Part shown: positions 17,869 to 26,665 of the stretch, in pieces
Position numbering within the stretch: the stretch's first letter is position 1
Layout: every line of letters begins with the position of its first letter
IMG/VR virus record: IMGVR_UViG_3300032167_000073
DNA from: a virus
Taxonomy: Duplodnaviria > Heunggongvirae > Uroviricota > Caudoviricetes
DNA: 37,548 bases
Direction: 5' to 3' (one strand)
Program-made: the position numbers and the translations under genes
Notes under the pieces: generated by a model
What the model saw: only the letters and a program-made list of their open reading frames with translations
Database searches by the model: none
Told to the model about the DNA's origin: nothing

Positions 17869-19107
17869 ATGCCGAAGTCCAGAAAAGACAGCAAAGGCCG
17901 TGTTCTCAGAGCCGGAGAAACAGAGCGCAGAGATGGCCGTTACGCCTACATGTACACTGACAAATACGGCGAACGTCGATCAATTTACGCAAAAACCCTT
18001 CAGGAGCTTCGCAAAAAGGAAGAATCCCTTGCAAAAGATGCTCTTGACGGTATCGACTCTTACACGGCACGGAACCTAACACTCAATGACCTTTTTGATC
18101 GGTACATCAAAACAAAGACCTCGCTGAAAAACACAACCCGGACAAATTACATCTACATGTACGATACGTATGTCCGGCAGTCCTTTGGAAAGCTTCAACT
18201 TGATACAATCAAGTATTCTGATGTGATGACCTTTTACAAGGATCTTCTGGCTGAAAAGCTCAAGGTTAATACGCTTGATGTCATTCAGACTGTTCTGCAT
18301 CCGACATTTACCATGGCGGTGCGAGACAATATCATCAGATCGAATCCAACTGATAGAATTATGGTTGAGCTAAAAAAGGATTTTGATAAGTGGGCGGGAG
18401 TCAGAAGGGCGCTTACGCCAGATCAGCAGCGTGCTTTTATGAATTACTGTAGGAAAAGCCGAACCTATTGGAGATGGCATCCATTGCTTACAGTAATGTT
18501 TGGAACTGGCTGTCGAGTTGGCGAAATCGTCGGCCTCACTTGGCAAGATATCGACATGGAAAATCGTTTAATCAGCATCAACCATACAGTGAGTGATCAT
18601 TCTGTGATTGATGAAAATGGCAAACGCTGTAATCCGTTGAAAGTATCTACGCCGAAAACTGAGGCGGGAACCAGAATTGTTCCCATGACAGACAAGGTGT
18701 ACGAGGCATTTGTCGAGGAAAAGGAATATCAAGATCGGTTTGGCTCCAACACTGCTGAAGTGGACGGGATGACTGGTTTTGTGTTCCAGAATCGAAATGG
18801 CAACGTATATCGCGCCTGTACAATCAACTTGGCTATTGACAGAATCAGAACCAGCTACAATGCAGAGGAAGAGGCTTGCGCAGCCAAAGAGGGTAGGGAA
18901 CCGATCATCGTTCCATATTTCACCTGCCATCACATGAGGCATACGTTCTGCACAAGATTGTGTGAGCACGTATCTGATATTAAGGTGATTCAGGAAATTA
19001 TGGGGCATGCGGATGCTCAGACTACGTTGGATATCTACGCAGAAGTCACTACCGAAAGAAAGGTAGCAACGATTAAATCGCTGTCTATGAGTTTGGACTT
19101 GTGCTGA
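17869..19107 (+). CDS. int: Tyrosine integrase, Tn916/lambda type with N-terminal arm-binding domain
   Basis: N-terminal RKDSKGRVL..GE..R.DGRY; catalytic GCRVGE, HHMRHTF, MGHAD..TTLDIY. Confidence 0.96.
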   Translation: MPKSRKDSKGRVLRAGETERRDGRYAYMYTDKYGERRSIYAKTLQELRKKEESLAKDALDGIDSYTARNLTLNDLFDRYIKTKTSLKNTTRTNYIYMYDTYVRQSFGKLQLDTIKYSDVMTFYKDLLAEKLKVNTLDVIQTVLHPTFTMAVRDNIIRSNPTDRIMVELKKDFDKWAGVRRALTPDQQRAFMNYCRKSRTYWRWHPLLTVMFGTGCRVGEIVGLTWQDIDMENRLISINHTVSDHSVIDENGKRCNPLKVSTPKTEAGTRIVPMTDKVYEAFVEEKEYQDRFGSNTAEVDGMTGFVFQNRNGNVYRACTINLAIDRIRTSYNAEEEACAAKEGREPIIVPYFTCHHMRHTFCTRLCEHVSDIKVIQEIMGHADAQTTLDIYAEVTTERKVATIKSLSMSLDLC

Positions 19108-19142
19108 AATACTAAACTTTGTGTTTAGTTAGAAGACCAGTT

Positions 19143-19402
19143 TTTGACTACAGTTTTACTGCAAATTAGTGTCGGGTAGTACGCGATAATACCTGATAAT
19201 ACTTTTTTGAAGAAAATTTAGATTTGAGGAATACTTGATAAAATATGATGGTACTTAATCTTAGGGACTTGCTCACAGATTTCCCGACGATGAAGAGCAT
19301 CAAGTGATTTATCTAGCTATTACTAGAAAAATCAAGGGTATACATGAGCATTTGACTACAGTTTGACTACAGATTATAAGCCATTCAGTATTATCAAGTA
19401 TT
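19143..19402. other. Putative intact attP: arm-type direct repeats and a second repeat family flanking a central core
   Basis: TTTGACTACAG at 19143-19153, 19351-19361 and 19362-19372. AATACTTGATAA at 19230-19241 has an exact inverted copy at 19391-19402 and a 1-mismatch copy at 19188-19199. Non-coding and next to int. Confidence 0.75.
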
Positions 19403-19483
19403 TAGAGAAAACAGTTTTTCTGAGGAAGAGAAAGTGTAAACTCTTGGACAGACAATGCTTTGAAATTCAAAGCGCAAAAATAT

Positions 19484-19514
19484 AAGGACTGCGATTTGCA
19501 GTCCTTTATTTTTT
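19484..19514. terminator. Intrinsic terminator, probably bidirectional, between the convergent arms
   Basis: AAGGACTGC-gattt-GCAGTCCTT with a T-run on the + side and an A-run upstream. Confidence 0.8.
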
Positions 19515-22092
19515 AGAGGGTTAAGATGATATCTCGTATCTGCTGAATAACACTTGCGGTTGGCCTGTTTACAGTTATACTGTACCAATCCGAATGGTTT
19601 GTGCTAATCAAATCAATAGCGTTTCGAATTTCAGTAACATGTTTTGTCCAATCTTTCAAATCTGTGCTGTTTGATACAATTGAAGAAAATGTTACTTTGG
19701 AAAGACCATAGTATTCGAGTAAAGAATTAATTCGATCATGCAATTCTGTCATATGAACAGCTTTTACATGTGTCGTTCCACTAATTAGCTCTTCATCTGT
19801 AAAACTAGATAGTGGGGCATGATTTCTTCTTAAAGTGTTCGTACTTATTTCTCTTCCAGAATAATAATCTTCTCCTGCACTTCCGTTTACTATAACAGAG
19901 GCTTGATAGTAGTTCCCATATGTAGATGGTGGGTTTACACTGCATGCATCAGATGTACTTGTCGATCCAACAATAAGATATTGTTGCCAATCGCCCCAAC
20001 TTAATCCATCTGAACTTTCTCTGACATAAACTGTATACTGTGTAATTGAGTTATTTGTTCCTCCAGAAGCACCAGTCCACGATAGTGTAACGGGTTCTCC
20101 ATCAGACACTGTTTTAGCAAATGATAATGTGGTTGGAGCCGAACAAGATGTATACGTTTTTGCAGTAACGGTTGCATATACACTCGATATAGCACTGTTG
20201 CTTCTTGCACCCTTTGTGTAAACCTTATAGTAATAACTAGATCCCATCGTAGACGGAGCTGTAACCGTACAACTGCCGCTTGTTGATGTTGATTCTATCT
20301 CAGTTAGCTTTGAATAAGATCCAGATGCAGAAGTTGCTCTATAAATGAGATATCCAGAAATAGAGTTGTAGCTTCCCGCAGCCGCACCACTCCAAACAAG
20401 CGTTACGCCAACTCCAGCATCCGGCGTTGAATTTGTAACAGATATTGCAGTAGGCGCTGTCGGATTACCATATGTATATACGTTCCGCCCAGCAGACGCA
20501 CCGCTGTTTGAGTGAGCGCCTTTCGTATACACCGTGTACGTGTACTTGCTTCCCGCAGTCGCGTGCGCAGGTACGCTGATGCTCGTTGATGTTGTGGTTG
20601 TATAACTTACTCCGTCTCGATAAATCAGGTATCCGGTAATTGCATTGTTTGTACCGGCACTTGCACCACTCCATGCTAATGTAACATTTGCCCCAGACGC
20701 TGCATAAGCAGAAGAACTTCCGCCAATCGTTATGGTCGTTGGTGCTGTTGGCGCTGTGTACGTACAGGTGAGCGTCGCATATACGGTTGATTGTTCGCTG
20801 CTGTACCCGGATACAGAACCGACCGTAAGCACCTTATAGTAGTATGAAGATCCGTTCGTTGTCGGTGCAGTAACGCTTGTCGAGCCGGATGTTGCGCTGC
20901 TGGTGACAGTCGTAAGCTTTGAATATGTGCCGGTTGCAGAAGTTGCGCGATAAATCTCATATCCACTGATTGCATTGTTTGTTCCTGCGCTTGCGCCGCT
21001 CCATGACAGAGTGATGCTTGCGCCGGGAGCAACGTTGTTGGATGCAACCGTTACGCTTGTCGGTGCGGTACACGCGGTTGTGCTTGGAACGTATATAAAC
21101 GTTTTTCCGCTGCTTGTCTTAGAGAGACTTGTGCCGGAATATGTGTTCGTCAGGCTTGAAGCGGTTGCCGTCACCTTGATCGTCATCGGGCTTGTCTGAT
21201 TCGCCAAGTCGCTTTCTGCAATCGTCAGTGTCCTTGTAGTCTGCGTTTTGAATAATGTGTTGTTAATATAAACGCCATACGAGATAGATCCGCCTGTATA
21301 TGAAAGTGATGCAGCAGTCCATGATAAGCTAACACTTGAGCCAGATGTAGAACCAAGAGTTAGCGTTGGCGTGCTAATGCTCGGCGGGTAAAATGTCTTT
21401 GACGCACTAGAAGACCATGATTCTACGCTTACGCTCCAATAATCTGAGCTTCCATAATATGCAACAATTTTGTAAGTTCTAGAGGAGCTATATACGCCGA
21501 TACTACGGGTTACAGAAGTCCCTGTAATACCTCCTTGAACCAACCCTCCGTCGTCTACGCTCCATAAACCATAGTAAACTGTTCCAGATGCTCCGGACAA
21601 AGTTGATTTAGTCCACGTAGCTGTAAATGTGCCATCGTTGTTCTGAGTAATGCTTGGCGTACCCGGTGCGCTAAGTGATGGTGCTGTATAATTAACCGTA
21701 ATTGTACATGTACCGGAATTTCTTACTCCATATGTATCTCCAGTTGATGAGTTGTTGTTATAACAATGGATCTCAATTTCGCCAGTAGCAGTCAAAAGGG
21801 CTGCTTTGAGCGCTTCCATTTCGACCTCAACCGTTGTTGTTGATCCATTACCGTAATCTTCCCCATCCATTTCGATTGTTTCGCCAACTTTGGTTCCACC
21901 AACATAAATGGACATATAGCAACTTCCTGAATACACTCTGAAATTCGTAAAAGTAACATACGCGCTATTTACAGTACCATTAGAAACAACACCGCTATGG
22001 CTTGTTGAACTAGAATAGTATATATAATCGCCATCAGTAAGTGTTGTATAAGTAGGACTTGTAAGACTGGCTGATATTGTTCTTGTTGCCAT
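19513..22092 (-). CDS. Ser/Thr-rich virion-associated protein with ~6 fibronectin-III/Ig-like repeats
   Basis: Repeated P(T/S)APT...LxWSGAxAGxNNxIxGYxIYR...YYYKVxT units; lies in the tail block. Confidence 0.8.
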   Translation of the reverse strand: MATRTISASLTSPTYTTLTDGDYIYYSSSTSHSGVVSNGTVNSAYVTFTNFRVYSGSCYMSIYVGGTKVGETIEMDGEDYGNGSTTTVEVEMEALKAALLTATGEIEIHCYNNNSSTGDTYGVRNSGTCTITVNYTAPSLSAPGTPSITQNNDGTFTATWTKSTLSGASGTVYYGLWSVDDGGLVQGGITGTSVTRSIGVYSSSRTYKIVAYYGSSDYWSVSVESWSSSASKTFYPPSISTPTLTLGSTSGSSVSLSWTAASLSYTGGSISYGVYINNTLFKTQTTRTLTIAESDLANQTSPMTIKVTATASSLTNTYSGTSLSKTSSGKTFIYVPSTTACTAPTSVTVASNNVAPGASITLSWSGASAGTNNAISGYEIYRATSATGTYSKLTTVTSSATSGSTSVTAPTTNGSSYYYKVLTVGSVSGYSSEQSTVYATLTCTYTAPTAPTTITIGGSSSAYAASGANVTLAWSGASAGTNNAITGYLIYRDGVSYTTTTSTSISVPAHATAGSKYTYTVYTKGAHSNSGASAGRNVYTYGNPTAPTAISVTNSTPDAGVGVTLVWSGAAAGSYNSISGYLIYRATSASGSYSKLTEIESTSTSGSCTVTAPSTMGSSYYYKVYTKGARSNSAISSVYATVTAKTYTSCSAPTTLSFAKTVSDGEPVTLSWTGASGGTNNSITQYTVYVRESSDGLSWGDWQQYLIVGSTSTSDACSVNPPSTYGNYYQASVIVNGSAGEDYYSGREISTNTLRRNHAPLSSFTDEELISGTTHVKAVHMTELHDRINSLLEYYGLSKVTFSSIVSNSTDLKDWTKHVTEIRNAIDLISTNHSDWYSITVNRPTASVIQQIRDIILTL

Positions 22093-22472
22093 TACGCATA
22101 CACCGCCCCAACAACTTTATCTGCCGTAATCGTTCCTGTGGCTGTCACAGAGGCGAAGGTTGGCCTGCTTGTTGTTAATAACCCTTGATTGACACGACTA
22201 AGCAACGAATTCAGATTGTTTTTATCGGTTTTGGACATAAAGCCAGCAGCCGATGTAGTTGCGACATCATGAGTGTGAACCGAAATAGCTGCGCCAATAT
22301 CATCTGGTGTAATAGTGATATTGCCGTTTTCGTCTGCAACTAGCGTTTTATTAATCGTTAAAACAACATAATACTTTTCGCCCTGAGTTATACTATCCAG
22401 CTTTTCTCGTGCAGTATCATCAACAACCTCGTATGTCTTATTACCAATAGTAAGCGTCTTCATTTCTGTCAT
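22092..22472 (-). CDS. Small tail-fibre-like structural protein
   Basis: HTHDVATTSAAGFMSKTDK tail-fibre-type motif; its stop overlaps the start of the FN3 gene. Confidence 0.65.
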   Translation of the reverse strand: MTEMKTLTIGNKTYEVVDDTAREKLDSITQGEKYYVVLTINKTLVADENGNITITPDDIGAAISVHTHDVATTSAAGFMSKTDKNNLNSLLSRVNQGLLTTSRPTFASVTATGTITADKVVGAVYA

Positions 22473-22501
22473 ATTTTTTCACCTCTGCTTATCTCAAAAT
22501 G

Positions 22502-22530
22502 AAAGAGCCACGTAATGTGGCTCTTTTTGT
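22502..22530. terminator. Intrinsic terminator hairpin
   Basis: AAAGAGCCAC-gtaat-GTGGCTCTTT perfect 10-bp stem with flanking A/T runs. Confidence 0.75.
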
Positions 22531-22566
22531 ATTTTTTGTTCCCAATCCCATATACTTTTCGGGACA

Positions 22567-23244
22567 TTACTCATGATGCATCATATCCTCAACAAACGAA
22601 TGGCTGATCGTTCTCTTCTCATAGGCCGATCTCACAATATCCATATTCATGTCAATCTCGCCGTTCTCCATGTCATTCTCTGCAAGCAGTTTTTCATATG
22701 CATCATACAGCTTGAAAATCCTGTTGAACTCCTCGCGCGTAAGTGGAACACTGTCATCTGCTGCCATCCTCGCAAAATTGATGATCGCATTTCTCATCTG
22801 TTCCACGCGCACCATCACAAGCTGGACTCTGAGCTTTTCAATCAGCTCTGCGAGGCTCTCCCAAATGACGTGAATCTCAGCGCGATCTTTCTTGCTTTCC
22901 GCAAGATCATCGTCTACACTGTGCATCCAGTTATTGCGCTTTTGCAGGCTTTCCTGACTGACATGCGGCCTAATCTCGACAAACAGCGATTTAACATCGC
23001 GCATTTCATTCACAAGATCATCGCATGTTTCAACGATCTCTGCCGCCTTGAGCAATGCTTCTCGTTCCTTTTTCTTTCTCGCAAAGTATTTGCGCACCTT
23101 CATAATCTCAGGCACGGCGATCTTCGTCTTAAACTCCACAAGTTCACCGATTGCCTGCATTAAAAGGAATACGCCAATCAGAAATGTCACCCAAGCAGCA
23201 GGCATTCCGATATGCCCGCTCAGGTATTCAATGAATTCAACCAC
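22567..23244 (-). CDS. Membrane-anchored coiled-coil protein, possibly lysis/holin-associated
   Basis: N-terminal hydrophobic AAWVTFLIGVFLLMQAIGEL followed by a coiled coil; GTG start after SD AAGGAGG. Confidence 0.6.
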   Translation of the reverse strand: MVEFIEYLSGHIGMPAAWVTFLIGVFLLMQAIGELVEFKTKIAVPEIMKVRKYFARKKKEREALLKAAEIVETCDDLVNEMRDVKSLFVEIRPHVSQESLQKRNNWMHSVDDDLAESKKDRAEIHVIWESLAELIEKLRVQLVMVRVEQMRNAIINFARMAADDSVPLTREEFNRIFKLYDAYEKLLAENDMENGEIDMNMDIVRSAYEKRTISHSFVEDMMHHE

Positions 23245-23270
23245 GTCCCCAAACCTCCTTATAGTAGGGA

Positions 23271-23300
23271 GGCGGGGAAGAGATCCCCGCCGTATTTTTT
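23271..23300 (+). terminator. Hairpin with U-tract in + (antisense) orientation
   Basis: GGCGGGGA-agaga-TCCCCGCC followed by GTATTTTTT. Confidence 0.55.
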
Positions 23301-23309
23301 GTTGTAATT

Positions 23310-23334
23310 AAAAAGACCGGCAATTAACCGGTCT
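23310..23334 (-). terminator. Intrinsic terminator after the retropepsin gene
   Basis: AGACCGG-caattaa-CCGGTCT with a T5 run on the minus strand; overlaps the stop codon. Confidence 0.75.
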
Positions 23335-23764
23335 AAGTTTCAGCGCAAAAATCTATCGCACCTTTGGACGGATATCTAATTGAAAAGAACACACGCCCAT
23401 TTTCTGAACTGATTACAGAATCGAAGTGTCTTATCACATCCATACCAAGAATCATATCCTCAGTATTTTCAGGACTCAGTTTTCTAACCAAAACGTCTTC
23501 AAATATAGCGAAGTCGAAAACCTGTATTGTTACAATGTGCCTCGTTGTAGAATAACAATTGGACGCACTTGTACACATAGAAACACCATAATCTTTGAGC
23601 AATAAGGCGTTGACGGCTGTCTCTGATATATGAGACGATCCTGCGCCTGTGTCCCATAAAGCTTTCGCATCATAATACCTTTCACCTGCATACAAGCGGA
23701 CATCTACATAAATTCTATCCGCCTTTCCGGGCAAGACAAGCGTACAAGCATTGCTTTGAGACAT
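23333..23764 (-). CDS. Retropepsin-like (clan AA) aspartic protease
   Basis: Catalytic ALWDTGA and downstream ILGMDVI motif; 143 aa single-lobe size. Confidence 0.88.
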   Translation of the reverse strand: MSQSNACTLVLPGKADRIYVDVRLYAGERYYDAKALWDTGAGSSHISETAVNALLLKDYGVSMCTSASNCYSTTRHIVTIQVFDFAIFEDVLVRKLSPENTEDMILGMDVIRHFDSVISSENGRVFFSIRYPSKGAIDFCAET

Positions 23765-23779
23765 GGTTTTCTCCGATAA

Positions 23780-23917
23780 TTAGTCTTCGGTGTAAATCCT
23801 GTAATCGTGATCTATTTCTGGATACTCCCATTGACTGCAATCAATTACAGGTATGTTTTTCCATGATGGATCAAGATCGGCAATCAAGCCAGTTTTAGCA
23901 ACTTCTTCTTTCTTCAT
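23780..23917 (-). CDS. Small acidic ORF (45 aa, MKKEEVAKTG...RIYTED), not in the ORF track
   Basis: Translated by hand; AAGGG SD-like sequence upstream; ends 15 nt before the protease start. Confidence 0.45.
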   Translation of the reverse strand: MKKEEVAKTGLIADLDPSWKNIPVIDCSQWEYPEIDHDYRIYTED

Positions 23918-23947
23918 AGCATACACCCTTCTCAGTTGGTATGTCAA
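23918..23947 (-). promoter_or_regulatory. Sigma-A-like promoter of the protease moron
   Basis: Minus strand TTGACA (23947-23942), 18 nt, TATGCT (23923-23918). Confidence 0.55.
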
Positions 23948-23991
23948 TTGAATTTTACATAGCCTGTAAATGCCGGAATGAAAAGAATGTT

Positions 23992-24105
23992 TTATTGCGC
24001 CTTAATTTCATCCCCGCGTGTCGCCGCTGCACACATGCATGTCGCAAGCACTCCGGCAAATGCTCCCACAAGAAATGCGGGAATCAAAAAGCTCCAATGA
24101 ATCAC
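23992..24105 (-). CDS. Small hydrophobic membrane peptide (37 aa, MIHWSFLIPAFLVGAFAGVLATCMC...), not in the ORF track
   Basis: GTG start 6 nt after AAGGTG; one TM-like segment; directly follows the CBM gene. Confidence 0.6.
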   Translation of the reverse strand: MIHWSFLIPAFLVGAFAGVLATCMCAAATRGDEIKAQ

Positions 24106-24133
24106 TGGAATCACCTTGCCTTATCTGTGCGGA

Positions 24134-24541
24134 TTATTCCTTCACAGTCCACAGCGCTTCAGTGCCGACCGCACCCGGCTCCCATACGTTGTTGTCAACA
24201 GCGCTCTCATAGGTCACGCCATTATGCGTCACAACGTCGCCCTTCATATACGGGTTTGTGCTGCCCGGCTGCTCCCACTCAGGAACAATATTCTCGTCCG
24301 GAATGAGCACCTTCGCCCAAAGGCTCGGCGCAGCATCCGGAGTCCATGTCTCCTGAGACGTATGCGCCGTCAGGCAACGATAAAGGACGCCTGCGTACTT
24401 CACGCGAGCGTCCACCGCGTATTCAGTTTCGTTTGCCCATTCTGGGAAAAGTGTTACGGCGGTCAGTGCAATCTTGTCTTCAACGGATTGCATCGCCTGT
24501 TCAATAATTCTGCGGTAGTGCAGTGCCTGTTCTCTTGTCAT
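24134..24541 (-). CDS. Carbohydrate-binding protein (CBM5/12, chitin-binding type aromatic repeats)
   Basis: Two repeats of W...Y..G/D.V.Y/H.G..Y......W.P....LW. Confidence 0.78.
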   Translation of the reverse strand: MTREQALHYRRIIEQAMQSVEDKIALTAVTLFPEWANETEYAVDARVKYAGVLYRCLTAHTSQETWTPDAAPSLWAKVLIPDENIVPEWEQPGSTNPYMKGDVVTHNGVTYESAVDNNVWEPGAVGTEALWTVKE

Positions 24542-24544
24542 AGC

Positions 24545-24868
24545 TTACTCCTTTTCGCCCATGAGGACGGCCAGCGCTTCCTTGGCGTTGTGACCTTCCT
24601 GCAGCATTTCTGTCGTAATCTCAATATCCGCTTCAAGGGATACGCAGACGGATTCCGTGCCGTGCATAGCACCCTGCGTAAAGACGAATACGCTGTCGTC
24701 CAGCACCATGCCAACCTCGTCCATCTCCTCGTGCACCTTGGCGCAGATACCCTCTGCCTGCTCCTGCGGGCATGCGACGTAGCAGCCGTTCTTGTGCAGT
24801 CGGATGTATCTGATCGCATCCGTGTAAAGTGTCTTGTCTTCTGTCATAATCCTGAACATGCTGATCAT
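24545..24868 (-). CDS. Small tail-associated protein (possible fibre chaperone)
   Basis: Operon strand with tight spacing; weak resemblance to 29741-30085. Confidence 0.65.
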   Translation of the reverse strand: MISMFRIMTEDKTLYTDAIRYIRLHKNGCYVACPQEQAEGICAKVHEEMDEVGMVLDDSVFVFTQGAMHGTESVCVSLEADIEITTEMLQEGHNAKEALAVLMGEKE

Positions 24869-25278
24869 CCTTTCATAATTAGTTTTCTGATATATTCAAG
24901 ATCGCTGATTTCAGCGTTGTAAAAATCGTAGTTCCAAACCCAGTCGTCTTCATGCTCCGGGCGCTTGTATTTAAGGCACGTTTCGTCCTCCCAAATCTTG
25001 CCCCATACATGAGCATACCTGCTGTCGCCGACTTTAAGCTTCCTGAGTCTTTTCAAAATGTCCTGCGTCAGTTCGCCGCGTTTAAGGCCGCTTCCGTCAT
25101 CATTCTGCGCGAAGTAGTCGTAGGCATTCTGGCTCGTAACGCTGCAAATGCGTCCCTGCGGGAACAGGATGAATCCGTTTACGGCATGCACCTTTGCCCC
25201 ATAGGGCAGGGCAATGTCGCCGCAGATGGCTCGTCCTTCAAATTTCTTGATGACAATATAAGTATCATATTGTTTCAT
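24865..25278 (-). CDS. Hypothetical protein overlapping the 3' end of the DGR RT (137 aa)
   Basis: Start overlaps the RT end by 14 nt, with SD CAGGAG inside the RT. Confidence 0.75.
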   Translation of the reverse strand: MKQYDTYIVIKKFEGRAICGDIALPYGAKVHAVNGFILFPQGRICSVTSQNAYDYFAQNDDGSGLKRGELTQDILKRLRKLKVGDSRYAHVWGKIWEDETCLKYKRPEHEDDWVWNYDFYNAEISDLEYIRKLIMKG

Positions 25279-26665
25279 ATTGTTCTCCTGTGTGATAATC
25301 TCTGCGAATTTCCCGCAGTTTGTCGTATGCTCTTGCGCGTCTGCTTCTCGGTCTGCATCCTTCTCGTTTAATCACCGGGATAAATGATGCGGTTTTCTGG
25401 CTTTGAAGCTGCCTGATCTTGTCAAGTAGATCCTGTTTGGAATCGGAATATACCCATCCGAATTCATTGTGCCATGTTCCGCGAAGCGTACACTTGAAAG
25501 CAAGTCTGTATTCTGAAAGTTCTTTAGCGAAGATAGAGCAAAACAATTGGTCTGTTGAATGAAGCGTGCGAAAGCTGTTGCATCGTCTGGCGTGGGCTCT
25601 CCATGATTGATAAGAGGCAAAGCAGTCATCTGTGTCGAATCTTCCTGCGTCCATCCATCCTCTGAAAATGTGAAGCTTTCTGCGTATAGCGCGGATGCTT
25701 TGCCTGCTCAGTTTCATCGTCACTTTGCCGTTTTCCTCAAGCCGTATGCGCAGCTTGAGAAATCGGAAACTGTGGCTTTTCAGCGGAGTGATTTTGCACT
25801 TCTTTTCGTTCAGCTCCATGCCGATGGACTTTGTAAATTCCGTCAGCCTACGATGAAGCTCTTTGAGCTTATCGATGGATTCGCAGATCACATATCCGTC
25901 GTCCATGTATCGCGCATAATGCTTGAACCCAAGAACGTCTTTGATAAAGTGATCGACCGGACTGGCGTAATCAAGTGCAATATTCTGCGATACCTGACTG
26001 CCAAGCCCAACGCCGCATGACTGTCCATCGATATAAATCACGTCGCTCATCTCCCTGAAATCGTCGATGAGCTGACAGCCGAGCTTTTGCAGCCGCTCGT
26101 CCCAAATGTGTTCTTTGAGTCTTTCCTTTGCATGCTCATGGGGAATAGAGCCGAAATAGTTCTTGAAGTCAAACTGATAAATGCCGCCGTTAAGTCCATG
26201 CTTGCGGTAGTGCTTTTGCAGATGACTTTTGAGCCTGCGCAGCGTCATGTCCATACCCTTACCGGGCAGGCTTGCGCTGTTGTCGTAGATGAAGCTTCTG
26301 GAATATGCCTCCGTCATAATCTGGTCACAGAAGCATTTCTGCACCGTGCGATCCTGTATCGTCAACGCATTGATGCTTCTCAGTTTTCCGTGTTCAACGG
26401 TGTTAAAGTGCTTGAATCCTTTGAATTTGTAGGTATCATTGTGCAGCGCGTCATAAAGCTTCTGCGTCTCGCGCACAAGATGGGTTTCAAAGTGGATCGT
26501 CGATGCTTTCCATCTGACGCCCTTGCAGCATCCCCTTGCTGCGTCCAGCAGGTTTTCAAATGTGAATACTTCGTCAAATGTTTTCCCGCAGACTGTTGCT
26601 GCCTTTTTCATTCGTTTTGCTTTTCGCCGCTGATAGCGGCGCTCATGTCTCTCTTCGCTGTTCAT
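25265..26665 (-). CDS. DGR reverse transcriptase (466 aa) with C-terminal extension
   Basis: FDFKNYFGSI, GVGLGSQVSQ (SQ motif characteristic of DGR RTs), catalytic YARYMDD, FLK; adjacent TR and avd. Confidence 0.96.
   Translation of the reverse strand: MNSEERHERRYQRRKAKRMKKAATVCGKTFDEVFTFENLLDAARGCCKGVRWKASTIHFETHLVRETQKLYDALHNDTYKFKGFKHFNTVEHGKLRSINALTIQDRTVQKCFCDQIMTEAYSRSFIYDNSASLPGKGMDMTLRRLKSHLQKHYRKHGLNGGIYQFDFKNYFGSIPHEHAKERLKEHIWDERLQKLGCQLIDDFREMSDVIYIDGQSCGVGLGSQVSQNIALDYASPVDHFIKDVLGFKHYARYMDDGYVICESIDKLKELHRRLTEFTKSIGMELNEKKCKITPLKSHSFRFLKLRIRLEENGKVTMKLSRQSIRAIRRKLHIFRGWMDAGRFDTDDCFASYQSWRAHARRCNSFRTLHSTDQLFCSIFAKELSEYRLAFKCTLRGTWHNEFGWVYSDSKQDLLDKIRQLQSQKTASFIPVIKREGCRPRSRRARAYDKLREIRRDYHTGEQYETI

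Noticed and set aside
19143-19402. Short repeats as a CRISPR array or tRNA
   Set aside because: Repeats are 11-12 bp, irregularly spaced and next to an integrase; no cloverleaf is evident. They fit att arm/Xis sites better.
25265-26665. RT as group II intron, retron or Abi RT
   Set aside because: The SQ motif, adjacent avd and an A-specific TR/VR pair identify it as a DGR RT. No intron domain V or msr/msd inverted repeats were seen.
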